The notes under the pieces were generated by a model. That model had not been told where the DNA came from. It was given only the letters and a program-made list of their open reading frames with translations, and made no database searches. The position numbers were made by a program, and so were the translations under genes. DNA of 64,000 nt from the human T2T-CHM13v2.0 reference genome, Homo sapiens: NCBI RefSeq assembly GCF_009914755.1, contig NC_060947.1, one strand, 5' to 3'. The stretch's first letter is position 1. Each line of letters opens with the position of its first letter. Shown here piece after piece: positions 53,075-64,000 of the stretch.

Positions 53075-56002
53075 TTTTGTAATCAACTGAAAGAAGGCAG
53101 AAGGAGTCGATGGGCCTCTTAGGCCGGAAACCTTACAAGCATAGGACCAAGGCAGAAAAGGTCCAGAGGGTTCATGGTCCTCCGTTCCACCTGAATCCAG
53201 CTAGAGAGCGAGCCAGGGGGATAGGTGTGCCCCTCGTCGCCCGTGCGCTGAGGCACTGTCACGCAAAGAGACATTCACCTTCCACGTCAACGCACCTTTA
53301 AGGGCGAGAGCGGTCCGCCGTGCCCAAGAGGAACGGGATGACATTCAACTGGGACTTGCCTCACCTTGGCTTGGGGGACCTCGAGAGCGGTCCCGTGGGG
53401 GCGGTGTTACTCGTGGTGGTAGAAGTGGAGGGCGTGTCCGGGTACTTGAGTTCATGGGCATCTCTCCCGCCGCCTCTCAGCCTATCTGCACCATGTCTCA
53501 CACGTTCAGTTGCAGCTCTTACCGTTTTGAAGGCGCACGTGGGCAAGAAGTCCTGGGCAGCACAAGAAAGTCAATCACGTTGAGACAGAGAGAGCAGGAG
53601 AGGAAGTGGGCCCCAGTAGAAGTGGGCGAGAGAGCGTTGGGTGGGAACGTGGCACGAGAGAGAGAAATTATGAGATTGACAGAGAGAGAGAGAGAGAGAG
53701 AGAAAGAGAAAGAGAGAGAGAAAGAGAAAGAGACAGAGAAAAGAAACTATGTTGTTTAAAATGCCAGCGGAAAGTCCATGGGGGTGAAAGAGTCCGGCAA
53801 TGGCCAGGGAGTTAGCAGCTTGGCGTAGTGTCTTCCCACTGTTTTGTCTGTCTTGAGAATAGCATTCAACGCGACTGTGTTCCCGCAGCAGACGTTAGGC
53901 CGCTGCCCACGCCTTGAGTGCCGGACGAGGTCAACATAGGCTTTCCGTCACAGAATATGTTTGGGCAGGAAGATCGGAACACTTGGGGCTGGGCCATCTA
54001 CCGCTCCCCCACGGCACACACGAGTCGTCAGGGAAATGCCCGCCTCTGTGTGTGTTGTACGTGCAGCCTTCTGGGCAGAGCCGTGGAGAGTTGGACGTAG
54101 GCCAGGTGTGAGGAGGAGAGGTGTGTTTGGGGTGGCCACTGGCTCCCTTCCTGCGTGACGTAGGCTGGCGTGGGCTCTTCCCCCAGCCCCTTGCCGGTGC
54201 TGCCACGTGAGAAGGGCCCGGGTGCCGGTCCCGCTATTCCGGAATTGTGGGTTCACCTGAAGTTTGAGGCCAAACCCCCAGCGGTCAGTGGGACGCCAGT
54301 CGCCTTTGACCTCTTGGTCAAGCTGGCCTTGCCGTGACCCGTGAGAATGCCCAAGTGCCAATGTGTCCCGGGGGGCAGGGCCGGGGCTGGGATCCTAGTG
54401 TGTGCCCAGTCTCCTTCTCGTCCCTGCGGGTTCCACCATCCTCCCATCCTAACGCATCGTTAGGGATGCGGTTAGGTCGGGTCCATCCCCAGGGCGGTCC
54501 AAGGGGACCGCTTTCTGGTTTGTCAGGAAGGCAGGCTAGTAAGAAGGGTCCCGCCGAGTCCCATCTGCCAAGGACAGGGTCCCGCAGGTGGGCCAGGGCT
54601 GGCCCAAAGCGGCCGAGATGCTGATCCGCCATGTGCGGGGCGCTGTTGGCGTTTTTTCCTCAGCAAAGGGCGGAGGGAGTGGACGTGGGGGAAGGGCAGG
54701 TGGGCATTTCTGGAGCAATACTGCCATCAAGAGGAACTGGCTTGGCAATCCCGCGCACCCTTCGCTGTGCTCGCCTGGGGAGGAGTGGCTTGGGACTGTC
54801 CTGGGGGACCAGGCAGGACTAGGGCAGGTGCTCGGGACGGATCCGAGGTCTCTGGAGGTCCGAGAGAAGCAGGCTCCGCCGCGGGGTCGGGCGGTGGAAG
54901 CCCCAGAGAGAGGCGCCAGGACTAGCTGGACAGCCAGGACGCCGGGCCGTTCCCGGACAGGAAGCCATGGCTCGGGAGCCTGGTGGCGGCCATGATCTGG
55001 GCGGGACCAGCGGAGGCCTCCGCCAGGGAGCCTGGGCTCGGGGCCTTGGGCAGTTTGCCTGGTGCCCCTTCCCGTGGGAGCAACCGGGGTGACGGCCTAG
55101 CTGGGTCCTCGGCCCGGGAGGCTCCGTCGGCCACACTGCACGCCTGCGGTGTGAGGAGGGCCGACTGCCAGTGCTGAGTTCCGTGGCCATTGGCGCCGGT
55201 GCCCGCCGCTGCTGGCCGGCGCCGGGGCGTTCCTCCTTGCGTCCTAGGGAGGAAGGTGGGCCGCGGGGCATCCCGCGGGGCCCGTACCCAGACGGTTCTT
55301 GACGAGGTGGACGCAAGGCCAGGCCCGGCCCGGCCCGGCCCGGCCACCCTCAGACGCCGCGCACCCGCCTTGTTGAGACTTGCCACCCTGTCTTGTTGTG
55401 TCCATGTCCCCGAGGTTGTCTTGGAGGCGGGCCGTTCCCCGTGGTGCTCATTTCTGCCTGGGGGCCTTCCGGGGACCCCGCTTGTCTTTGGGGGTGCGCA
55501 GGCCCTTGCCCTGCGATCAGAGGCGCACCGACCGATGAGTTCGGTGGCAAAGCTTGAGAAATGGAGACTCTCTGGGCATCGGCTAAGGGGGCCCGGGGCC
55601 TTCCCAGGCCTGCTGGAGTCCGGGAAGCCGGGGGCACCCAGAAGGAAGGACCCGTCGGACTCTGCCTGGGGACAGCCTGCTCCGCGCCAGAAGGGTCCGC
55701 TGCTCAGGCAGCATCCCCGTGCCTCTCCTCCAGTGGGTCCCTCAGGTAGAATCGGGGCAGGCCCCACTGGACGTGCAGGGAGGAGGCTCGGAGGATGCAT
55801 CCTTTGCAGGACCCGGTCTGGTACAGCAGCAGACGGAGCCATCTCCCGGGGCTTTCTGGCTTCTCCGAGGGTGTTCAGGAGTCTCCCAAGTGCACAGGGG
55901 CTCGTGCCCAAAGGGTGGAGGTCGCACCGCTTCGCTCAATTCAGGAGTGGAGAAGGAAGCTAGAGGACCCTCTGGAGGTGGCAGGTTTAATGTCCTGCTT
56001 TT

Positions 56003-56045
<43 letters not shown>

Positions 56046-56645
56046 TTTTGTAATCAACTGAAAGAAGGCAGAAGGAGTCGATGGGCCTCTTAGGCCGGAA
56101 ACCTTACAAGCATAGGACCAAGGCAGAAAAGGTCCAGAGGGTTCATGGTCCTCCGTTCCACCTGAATCCAGCTAGAGAGCGAGCCAGGGGGATAGGTGTG
56201 CCCCTCGTCGCCCGTGCGCTGAGGCACTGTCACGCAAAGAGACATTCACCTTCCACGTCAACGCACCTTTAAGGGCGAGAGCGGTCCGCCGTGCCCAAGA
56301 GGAACGGAATGACATTCAACTGGGACTTGCCTCACCTTGGCTTGGGGGACCTCGAGAGCAGTCCCGTGGGGGCGGTGTTACTCGTGGTGGTAGAAGTGGA
56401 GGGCGTGTCCGGGTACTTGAGTTCATGGGCATCTCTCCCGCCGCCTCTCAGCCTATCTGCACCATGTCTCACACGTTCAGTTGCAGCTCTTACCGTTTTG
56501 AAGGCGCACGTGGGCAAGAAGTCCTGGGCAGCACAAGAAAGTCAATCACGTTGAGACAGAGAGAGCAGGAGAGGAAGTGGGCCCCAGTAGAAGTGGGCGA
56601 GAGAGCGTTGGGTGGGAACGTGGCACGAGAGAGAGAAATTATGAG

Positions 56646-56685
<40 letters not shown>

Positions 56686-57683
56686 AGAGAGAAAGAGACA
56701 GAGAAAAGAAACTATGTTGTTTAAAATGCCAGCGGAAAGTCCATGGGGGTGAAAGAGTCCGGCAATGGCCAGGGAGTTAGCAGCTTGGCGTAGTGTCTTC
56801 CCACTGTTTTGTCTGTCTTGAGAATAGCATTCAACGCGACTGTGTTCCCGCAGCAGACGTTAGGCCGCTGCCCACGCCTTGAGTGCCGGACGAGGTCAAC
56901 ATAGGCTTTCCGTCACAGAATATGTTTGGGCAGGAAGATCGGAACACTTGGGGCTGGGCCATCTACCGCTCCCCCACGGCACACACGAGTCGTCAGGGAA
57001 ATGCCCGCCTCTGTGTGTGTTGTACGTGCAGCCTTCTGGGCAGAGCCGTGGAGAGTTGGACGTAGGCCAGGTGTGAGGAGGAGAGGTGTGTTTGGGGTGG
57101 CCACTGGCTCCCTTCCTGCGTGACGTAGGCTGGCGTGGGCTCTTCCCCCAGCCCCTTGCCGGTGCTGCCACGTGAGAAGGGCCCGGGTGCCGGTCCCGCT
57201 ATTCCGGAATTGTGGGTTCACCTGAAGTTTGAGGCCAAACCCCCAGCGGTCAGTGGGACGCCAGTCGCCTTTGACCTCTTGGTCAAGCTGGCCTTGCCGT
57301 GACCCGTGAGAATGCCCAAGTGCCAATGTGTCCCGGGGGGCAGGGCCGGGGCTGGGATCCTAGTGTGTGCCCAGTCTCCTTCTCGTCCCTGCGGGTTCCA
57401 CCATCCTCCCATCCTAACGCATCGTTAGGGATGCGGTTAGGTCGGGTCCATCCCCAGGGCGGTCCAAGGGGACCGCTTTCTGGTTTGTCAGGAAGGCAGG
57501 CTAGTAAGAAGGGTCCCGCCGAGTCCCATCTGCCAAGGACAGGGTCCCGCAGGTGGGCCAGGGCTGGCCCAAAGCGGCCGAGATGCTGATCCGCCATGTG
57601 CGGGGCGCTGTTGGCGTTTTTTCCTCAGCAAAGGGCGGAGGGAGTGGACGTGGGGGAAGGGCAGGTGGGCATTTCTGGAGCAA

Positions 57684-57702
57684 TACTGCCATCAAGGGGA
57701 AC
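57684..57702 (-). promoter_or_regulatory. Variant CTCF motif in U20
   Basis: A>G at 57697 (plus strand ccatcaagGgg); the minus-strand core becomes CCCCTTGATGGCAG. Confidence 0.75.
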
Positions 57703-58972
57703 TGGCTTGGCAATCCCGCGCACCCTTCGCTGTGCTCGCCTGGGGAGGAGTGGTTTGGGACTGTCCTGGGGGACCAGGCAGGACTAGGGCAGGTGCTCGG
57801 ACGGATCCGAGGTCTCTGGAGGTCCGAGAGAAGCAGGCTCCGCCGCGGGGTCGGGCGGTGGAAGCCCCAGAGAGAGGCGCCAGGACTAGCTGGACAGCCA
57901 GGACGCCGGGCCGTTCCCGGACAGGAAGCCACGGCTCGGGAGCCTGGTGGCGGCCATGATCTGGGCGGGACCAGCGGAGGCCTCCGCCAGGGAGCCTGGG
58001 CTCGGGGCCTTGGGCAGTTTGCCTGGTGCCCCTTCCCGTGGGAGCAACCGGGGTGACGGCCTAGCTGGGTCCTCGGCCCGGGAGGCTCCGTCGGCCACAC
58101 TGCACGCCTGCGGTGTGAGGAGGGCCGACTGCCAGTGCTGAGTTCCGTGGCCATTGGCGCGGGTGCCCGCCGCTGCTGGCCGGCGCCGGGGCGTTCCTCC
58201 TTGCGTCCTAGGGAGGAAGGTGGGCCGCGGGGCATCCCGCGGGGCCCGTACCCAGACGGTTCTTGACGAGGTGGACGCAAGGCCAGGCCCGGCCCGGCCC
58301 GGCCCGGCCCGGCCACCCTCAGACGCCGCGCACCCGCCTTGTTGAGACTTGCCACCCTGTCTTGTTGTGTCCATGTCCCCGAGGTTGTCTTGGAGGCGGG
58401 CCGTTCCCCGTGGTGCTCATTTCTGCCTGGGGGCCTTCCGGGGACCCCGCTTGTCTTTGGGGGTGCGCAGGCCCTTGCCCTGCGATCAGAGGCGCACCGA
58501 CCGATGAGTTCGGTGGCAAAGCTTGAGAAATGGAGACTCTCTGGGCATCGGCTAAGGGGGCCCGGGGCCTTCCCAGGCCTGCTGGAGTCCGGGAAGCCGG
58601 GGGCACCCAGAAGGAAGGACCCGTCGGACTCTGCCTGGGGACAGCCTGCTCCGCGCCAGAAGGGTCCGCTGCTCAGGCAGCATCCCCGTGCCTCTCCTCC
58701 AGTGGGTCCCTCAGGTAGAATCGGGGCAGGCCCCACTGGACGTGCAGGGAGGAGGCTCGGAGGATGCATCCTTTGCAGGACCCGGTCTGGTACAGCAGCA
58801 GACGGAGCCATCTCCCGGGGCTTTCTGGCTTCTCCGAGGGTGTTCAGGAGTCTCCCAAGTGCACAGGGGCTCGTGCCCAAAGGGTGGAGGTCGGCACCGC
58901 TTCGCTCAATTCAGGAGTGGAGAAGGAAGCTAGAGGACCCTCTGGAGGTGGCAGGTTTAATGTCCTGCTTTT

Positions 58973-59003
<31 letters not shown>

Positions 59004-59606
59004 TTTTGTAATCAACTGAAAGAAGGCAGAAGGAGTCGATGGGCCTCTTAGGCCGGAAACCTTACAAGCATAGGACCAAGGCAGAAAAGGTCCAGAGGGT
59101 TCATGGTCCTCCGTTCCACCTGAATCCAGCTAGAGAGCGAGCCAGGGGGATAGGTGTGCCCCTCGTCGCCCGTGCGCTGAGGCACTGTCACGCAAAGAGA
59201 CATTCACCTTCCACGTCAACGCACCTTTAAGGGCGAGAGCGGTCCGCCGTGCCCAAGAGGAACGGGATGACATTCAACTGGGACTTGCCTCACCTTGGCT
59301 TGGGGGACCTCGAGAGCGGTCCCGTGGGGGCGGTGTTACTCGTGGTGGTAGAAGTGGAGGGCGTGTCCGGGTACTTGAGTTCATGGGCATCTCTCCCGCC
59401 GCCTCTCAGCCTATCTGCACCATGTCTCACACGTTCAGTTGCAGCTCTTACCGTTTTGAAGGCGCACGTGGGCAAGAAGTCCTGGGCAGCACAAGAAAGT
59501 CAATCACGTTGAGACAGAGAGAGCAGGAGAGGAAGTGGGCCCCAGTAGAAGTGGGCGAGAGAGCGTTGGGTGGGAACGTGGCACGAGAGAGAGAAATTAT
59601 GAGATT

Positions 59607-59639
<33 letters not shown>

Positions 59640-60647
59640 AGAGAGAGAGAAAGAGAAAGAGACAGAGAAAAGAAACTATGTTGTTTAAAATGCCAGCGGA
59701 AAGTCCATGGGGGTGAAAGAGTCCGGCAATGGCCAGGGAGTTAGCAGCTTGGCGTAGTGTCTTCCCACTGTTTTGTCTGTCTTGAGAATAGCATTCAACG
59801 CGACTGTGTTCCCGCAGCAGACGTTAGGCCGCTGCCCACGCCTTGAGTGCCGGACGAGGTCAACATAGGCTTTCCGTCACAGAATATGTTTGGGCAGGAA
59901 GATCGGAACACTTGGGGCTGGGCCATCTACCGCTCCCCCACGGCACACACGAGTCGTCAGGGAAATGCCCGCCTCTGTGTGTGTTGTACGTGCAGCCTTC
60001 TGGGCAGAGCCGTGGAGAGTTGGACGTAGGCCAGGTGTGAGGAGGAGAGGTGTGTTTGGGGTGGCCACTGGCTCCCTTCCTGCGTGACGTAGGCTGGCGT
60101 GGGCTCTTCCCCCAGCCCCTTGCCGGTGCTGCCACGTGAGAAGGGCCCGGGTGCCGGTCCCGCTATTCCGGAATTGTGGGTTCACCTGAAGTTTGAGGCC
60201 AAACCCCCAGCGGTCAGTGGGACGCCAGTCGCCTTTGACCTCTTGGTCAAGCTGGCCTTGCCGTGACCCGTGAGAATGCCCAAGTGCCAATGTGTCCCGG
60301 GGGGCAGGGCCGGGGCTGGGATCCTAGTGTGTGCCCAGTCTCCTTCTCGTCCCTGCGGGTTCCACCATCCTCCCATCCTAACGCATCGTTAGGGATGCGG
60401 TTAGGTCGGGTCCATCCCCAGGGCGGTCCAAGGGGACCGCTTTCTGGTTTGTCAGGAAGGCAGGCTAGTAAGAAGGGTCCCGCCGAGTCCCATCTGCCAA
60501 GGACAGGGTCCCGCAGGTGGGCCAGGGCTGGCCCAAAGCGGCCGAGATGCTGATCCGCCATGTGCGGGGCGCTGTTGGCGTTTTTTCCTCAGCAAAGGGC
60601 GGAGGGAGTGGACGTGGGGGAAGGGCAGGTGGGCATTTCTGGAGCAA

Positions 60648-60666
60648 TACTGCCATCAAGGGGAAC
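60648..60666 (-). promoter_or_regulatory. Variant CTCF motif in U21
   Basis: Same A>G change, at 60661. Confidence 0.75.
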
Positions 60667-61936
60667 TGGCTTGGCAATCCCGCGCACCCTTCGCTGTGCT
60701 CGCCTGGGGAGGAGTGGTTTGGGACTGTCCTGGGGGACCAGGCAGGACTAGGGCAGGTGCTCGGACGGATCCGAGGTCTCTGGAGGTCCGAGAGAAGCAG
60801 GCTCCGCCGCGGGGTCGGGCGGTGGAAGCCCCAGAGAGAGGCGCCAGGACTAGCTGGACAGCCAGGACGCCGGGCCGTTCCCGGACAGGAAGCCACGGCT
60901 CGGGAGCCTGGTGGCGGCCATGATCTGGGCGGGACCAGCGGAGGCCTCCGCCAGGGCGCCTGGGCTCGGGGCCTTGGGCAGTTTGCCTGGTGCCCCTTCC
61001 CGTGGGAGCAACCGGGGTGACGGCCTAGCTGGGTCCTCGGCCCGGGAGGCTCCGTCGGCCACACTGCACGCCTGCGGTGTGAGGAGGGCCGACTGCCAGT
61101 GCTGAGTTCCGTGGCCATTGGCGCGGGTGCCCGCCGCTGCTGGCCGGCGCCGGGGCGTTCCTCCTTGCGTCCTAGGGAGGAAGGTGGGCCGCGGGGCATC
61201 CCGCGGGGCCCGTACCCAGACGGTTCTTGACGAGGTGGACGCAAGGCCAGGCCCGGCCCGGCCCGGCCCGGCCCGGCCACCCTCAGACGCCGCGCACCCG
61301 CCTTGTTGAGACTTGCCACCCTGTCTTGTTGTGTCCATGTCCCCGAGGTTGTCTTGGAGGCGGGCCGTTCCCCGTGGTGCTCATTTCTGCCTGGGGGCCT
61401 TCCGGGGACCCCGCTTGTCTTTGGGGGTGCGCAGGCCCTTGCCCTGCGATCAGAGGCGCACCGACCGATGAGTTCGGTGGCAAAGCTTGAGAAATGGAGA
61501 CTCTCTGGGCATCGGCTAAGGGGGCCCGGGGCCTTCCCAGGCCTGCTGGAGTCCGGGAAGCCGGGGGCACCCAGAAGGAAGGACCCGTCGGACTCTGCCT
61601 GGGGACAGCCTGCTCCGCGCCAGAAGGGTCCGCTGCTCAGGCAGCATCCCCGTGCCTCTCCTCCAGTGGGTCCCTCAGGTAGAATCGGGGCAGGCCCCAC
61701 TGGACGTGCAGGGAGGAGGCTCGGAGGATGCATCCTTTGCAGGACCCGGTCTGGTACAGCAGCAGACGGAGCCATCTCCCGGGGCTTTCTGGCTTCTCCG
61801 AGGGTGTTCAGGAGTCTCCCAAGTGCACAGGGGCTCGTGCCCAAAGGGTGGAGGTCGGCACCGCTTCGCTCAATTCAGGAGTGGAGAAGGAAGCTAGAGG
61901 ACCCTCTGGAGGTGGCAGGTTTAATGTCCTGCTTTT

Positions 61937-61975
<39 letters not shown>

Positions 61976-62578
61976 TTTTGTAATCAACTGAAAGAAGGCA
62001 GAAGGAGTCGATGGGCCTCTTAGGCCGGAAACCTTACAAGCATAGGACCAAGGCAGAAAAGGTCCAGAGGGTTCATGGTCCTCCGTTCCACCTGAATCCA
62101 GCTAGAGAGCGAGCCAGGGGGATAGGTGTGCCCCTCGTCGCCCGTGCGCTGAGGCACTGTCACGCAAAGAGACATTCACCTTCCACGTCAACGCACCTTT
62201 AAGGGCGAGAGCGGTCCGCCGTGCCCAAGAGGAACGGGATGACATTCAACTGGGACTTGCCTCACCTTGGCTTGGGGGACCTCGAGAGCGGTCCCGTGGG
62301 GGCGGTGTTACTCGTGGTGGTAGAAGTGGAGGGCGTGTCCGGGTACTTGAGTTCATGGGCATCTCTCCCGCCGCCTCTCAGCCTATCTGCACCATGTCTC
62401 ACACGTTCAGTTGCAGCTCTTACCGTTTTGAAGGCGCACGTGGGCAAGAAGTCCTGGGCAGCACAAGAAAGTCAATCACGTTGAGACAGAGAGAGCAGGA
62501 GAGGAAGTGGGCCCCAGTAGAAGTGGGCGAGAGAGCGTTGGGTGGGAACGTGGCACGAGAGAGAGAAATTATGAGATT

Positions 62579-62611
<33 letters not shown>

Positions 62612-64000
62612 AGAGAGAGAGAAAGAGAAAGAGACAGAGAAAAGAAACTATGTTGTTTAAAATGCCAGCGGAAAGTCCATGGGGGTGAAAGAGTCCGGCA
62701 ATGGCCAGGGAGTTAGCAGCTTGGCGTAGTGTCTTCCCACTGTTTTGTCTGTCTTGAGAATAGCATTCAACGCGACTGTGTTCCCGCAGCAGACGTTAGG
62801 CCGCTGCCCACGCCTTGAGTGCCGGACGAGGTCAACATAGGCTTTCCGTCACAGAATATGTTTGGGCAGGAAGATCGGAACACTTGGGGCTGGGCCATCT
62901 ACCGCTCCCCCACGGCACACACGAGTCGTCAGGGAAATGCCCGCCTCTGTGTGTGTTGTACGTGCAGCCTTCTGGGCAGAGCCGTGGAGAGTTGGACGTA
63001 GGCCAGGTGTGAGGAGGAGAGGTGTGTTTGGGGTGGCCACTGGCTCCCTTCCTGCGTGACGTAGGCTGGCGTGGGCTCTTCCCCCAGCCCCTTGCCGGTG
63101 CTGCCACGTGAGAAGGGCCCGGGTGCCGGTCCCGCTATTCCGGAATTGTGGGTTCACCTGAAGTTTGAGGCCAAACCCCCAGCGGTCAGTGGGACGCCAG
63201 TCGCCTTTGACCTCTTGGTCAAGCTGGCCTTGCCGTGACCCGTGAGAATGCCCAAGTGCCAATGTGTCCCGGGGGGCAGGGCCGGGGCTGGGATCCTAGT
63301 GTGTGCCCAGTCTCCTTCTCGTCCCTGCGGGTTCCACCATCCTCCCATCCTAACGCATCGTTAGGGATGCGGTTAGGTCGGGTCCATCCCCAGGGCGGTC
63401 CAAGGGGACCGCTTTCTGGTTTGTCAGGAAGGCAGGCTAGTAAGAAGGGTCCCGCCGAGTCCCATCTGCCAAGGACAGGGTCCCGCAGGTGGGCCAGGGC
63501 TGGCCCAAAGCGGCCGAGATGCTGATCCGCCATGTGCGGGGCGCTGTTGGCGTTTTTTCCTCAGCAAAGGGCGGAGGGAGTGGACGTGGGGGAAGGGCAG
63601 GTGGGCATTTCTGGAGCAATACTGCCATCAAGAGGAACTGGCTTGGCAATCCCGCGCACCCTTCGCTGTGCTCGCCTGGGGAGGAGTGGCTTGGGACTGT
63701 CCTGGGGGACCAGGCAGGACTAGGGCAGGTGCTCGGGACGGATCCGAGGTCTCTGGAGGTCCGAGAGAAGCAGGCTCCGCCGCGGGGTCGGGCGGTGGAA
63801 GCCCCAGAGAGAGGCGCCAGGACTAGCTGGACAGCCAGGACGCCGGGCCGTTCCCGGACAGGAAGCCATGGCTCGGGAGCCTGGTGGCGGCCATGATCTG
63901 GGCGGGACCAGCGGAGGCCTCCGCCAGGGAGCCTGGGCTCGGGGCCTTGGGCAGTTTGCCTGGTGCCCCTTCCCGTGGGAGCAACCGGGGTGACGGCCTA

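Larger units (their letters stand above)
1..64000. repeat. DXZ4: DXZ4 macrosatellite tandem array (~3 kb monomer, ~21.6 copies in window, array continues beyond both ends)
   Basis: Seen: the same landmark recurs at 51, 3023, 5990, 8966, 11947, 14904, 17872, 20844, 23828, 26783, 29732, 32691, 35650, 38636, 41604, 44572, 47533, 50505, 53454, 56425, 59383 and 62355 (mean period ~2967 bp). All copies are in the same orientation and are near-identical outside the microsatellites. Knowledge: a 3 kb GC-rich HindIII monomer with internal GGGCC, CT and TAAA repeats and a CTCF site is the described structure of human DXZ4. Confidence 0.95.
1..64000. ncRNA. Region traversed by DXZ4-associated lncRNA transcription (DANT1/DANT2 locus); no transcript ends identifiable here
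   Basis: Follows only from the DXZ4 identification and established knowledge of array-traversing transcripts. The promoters lie outside the window and are not visible. Confidence 0.4.

Noticed and set aside
1-64000. Alternative identities: D4Z4/DUX4, RS447/USP17, CT47, rDNA, 5S or U2 arrays, herpesvirus internal repeats
   Set aside because: No homeobox, USP, rRNA or snRNA sequence is recognisable; unit size and the internal microsatellite set fit DXZ4.
1-64000. CRISPR-like or prokaryotic repeat-spacer system; assembly or concatemer artefact
   Set aside because: There are no short repeats with unique spacers and no bacterial genes. Units differ by structured, shared variants, which argues against artefactual copies of a single unit.

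Overview
The whole 64 kb window is the interior of one head-to-tail tandem array: about 21.6 copies of a GC/CpG-rich ~2.97 kb monomer, with no flanking unique DNA. The monomer size, a single HindIII site per unit, three internal microsatellites ([GGGCC]n, [CT]n and [TAAA]n on the minus strand) and one CTCF motif per unit (minus strand GTTCCTCTTGATGGCAGTA) match the human X-linked macrosatellite DXZ4 (Xq23). This identification is by recognition, not by a database search. DXZ4 is an already described system (CTCF hinge of the inactive X, traversed by the DANT lncRNAs), so I do not claim a new gene system. None of the ORFs is a credible protein-coding gene. The interesting signal lies in monomer-to-monomer differences and cryptic processing signals. 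(i) Two adjacent monomers carry a substitution in the CTCF core. (ii) Each monomer has a minus-strand cassette of splice acceptor, donors and tandem AATAAA, and one CpG variant creates a new canonical donor. (iii) There are local higher-order duplications (monomer twins, a dimer and a possible trimer) and gene-conversion-like mosaics. (iv) The variants I could see cluster around the CTCF site. Units are numbered U1-U22 from the window start. Variants were found by eye and from the ORF track, so the catalogue may be incomplete.
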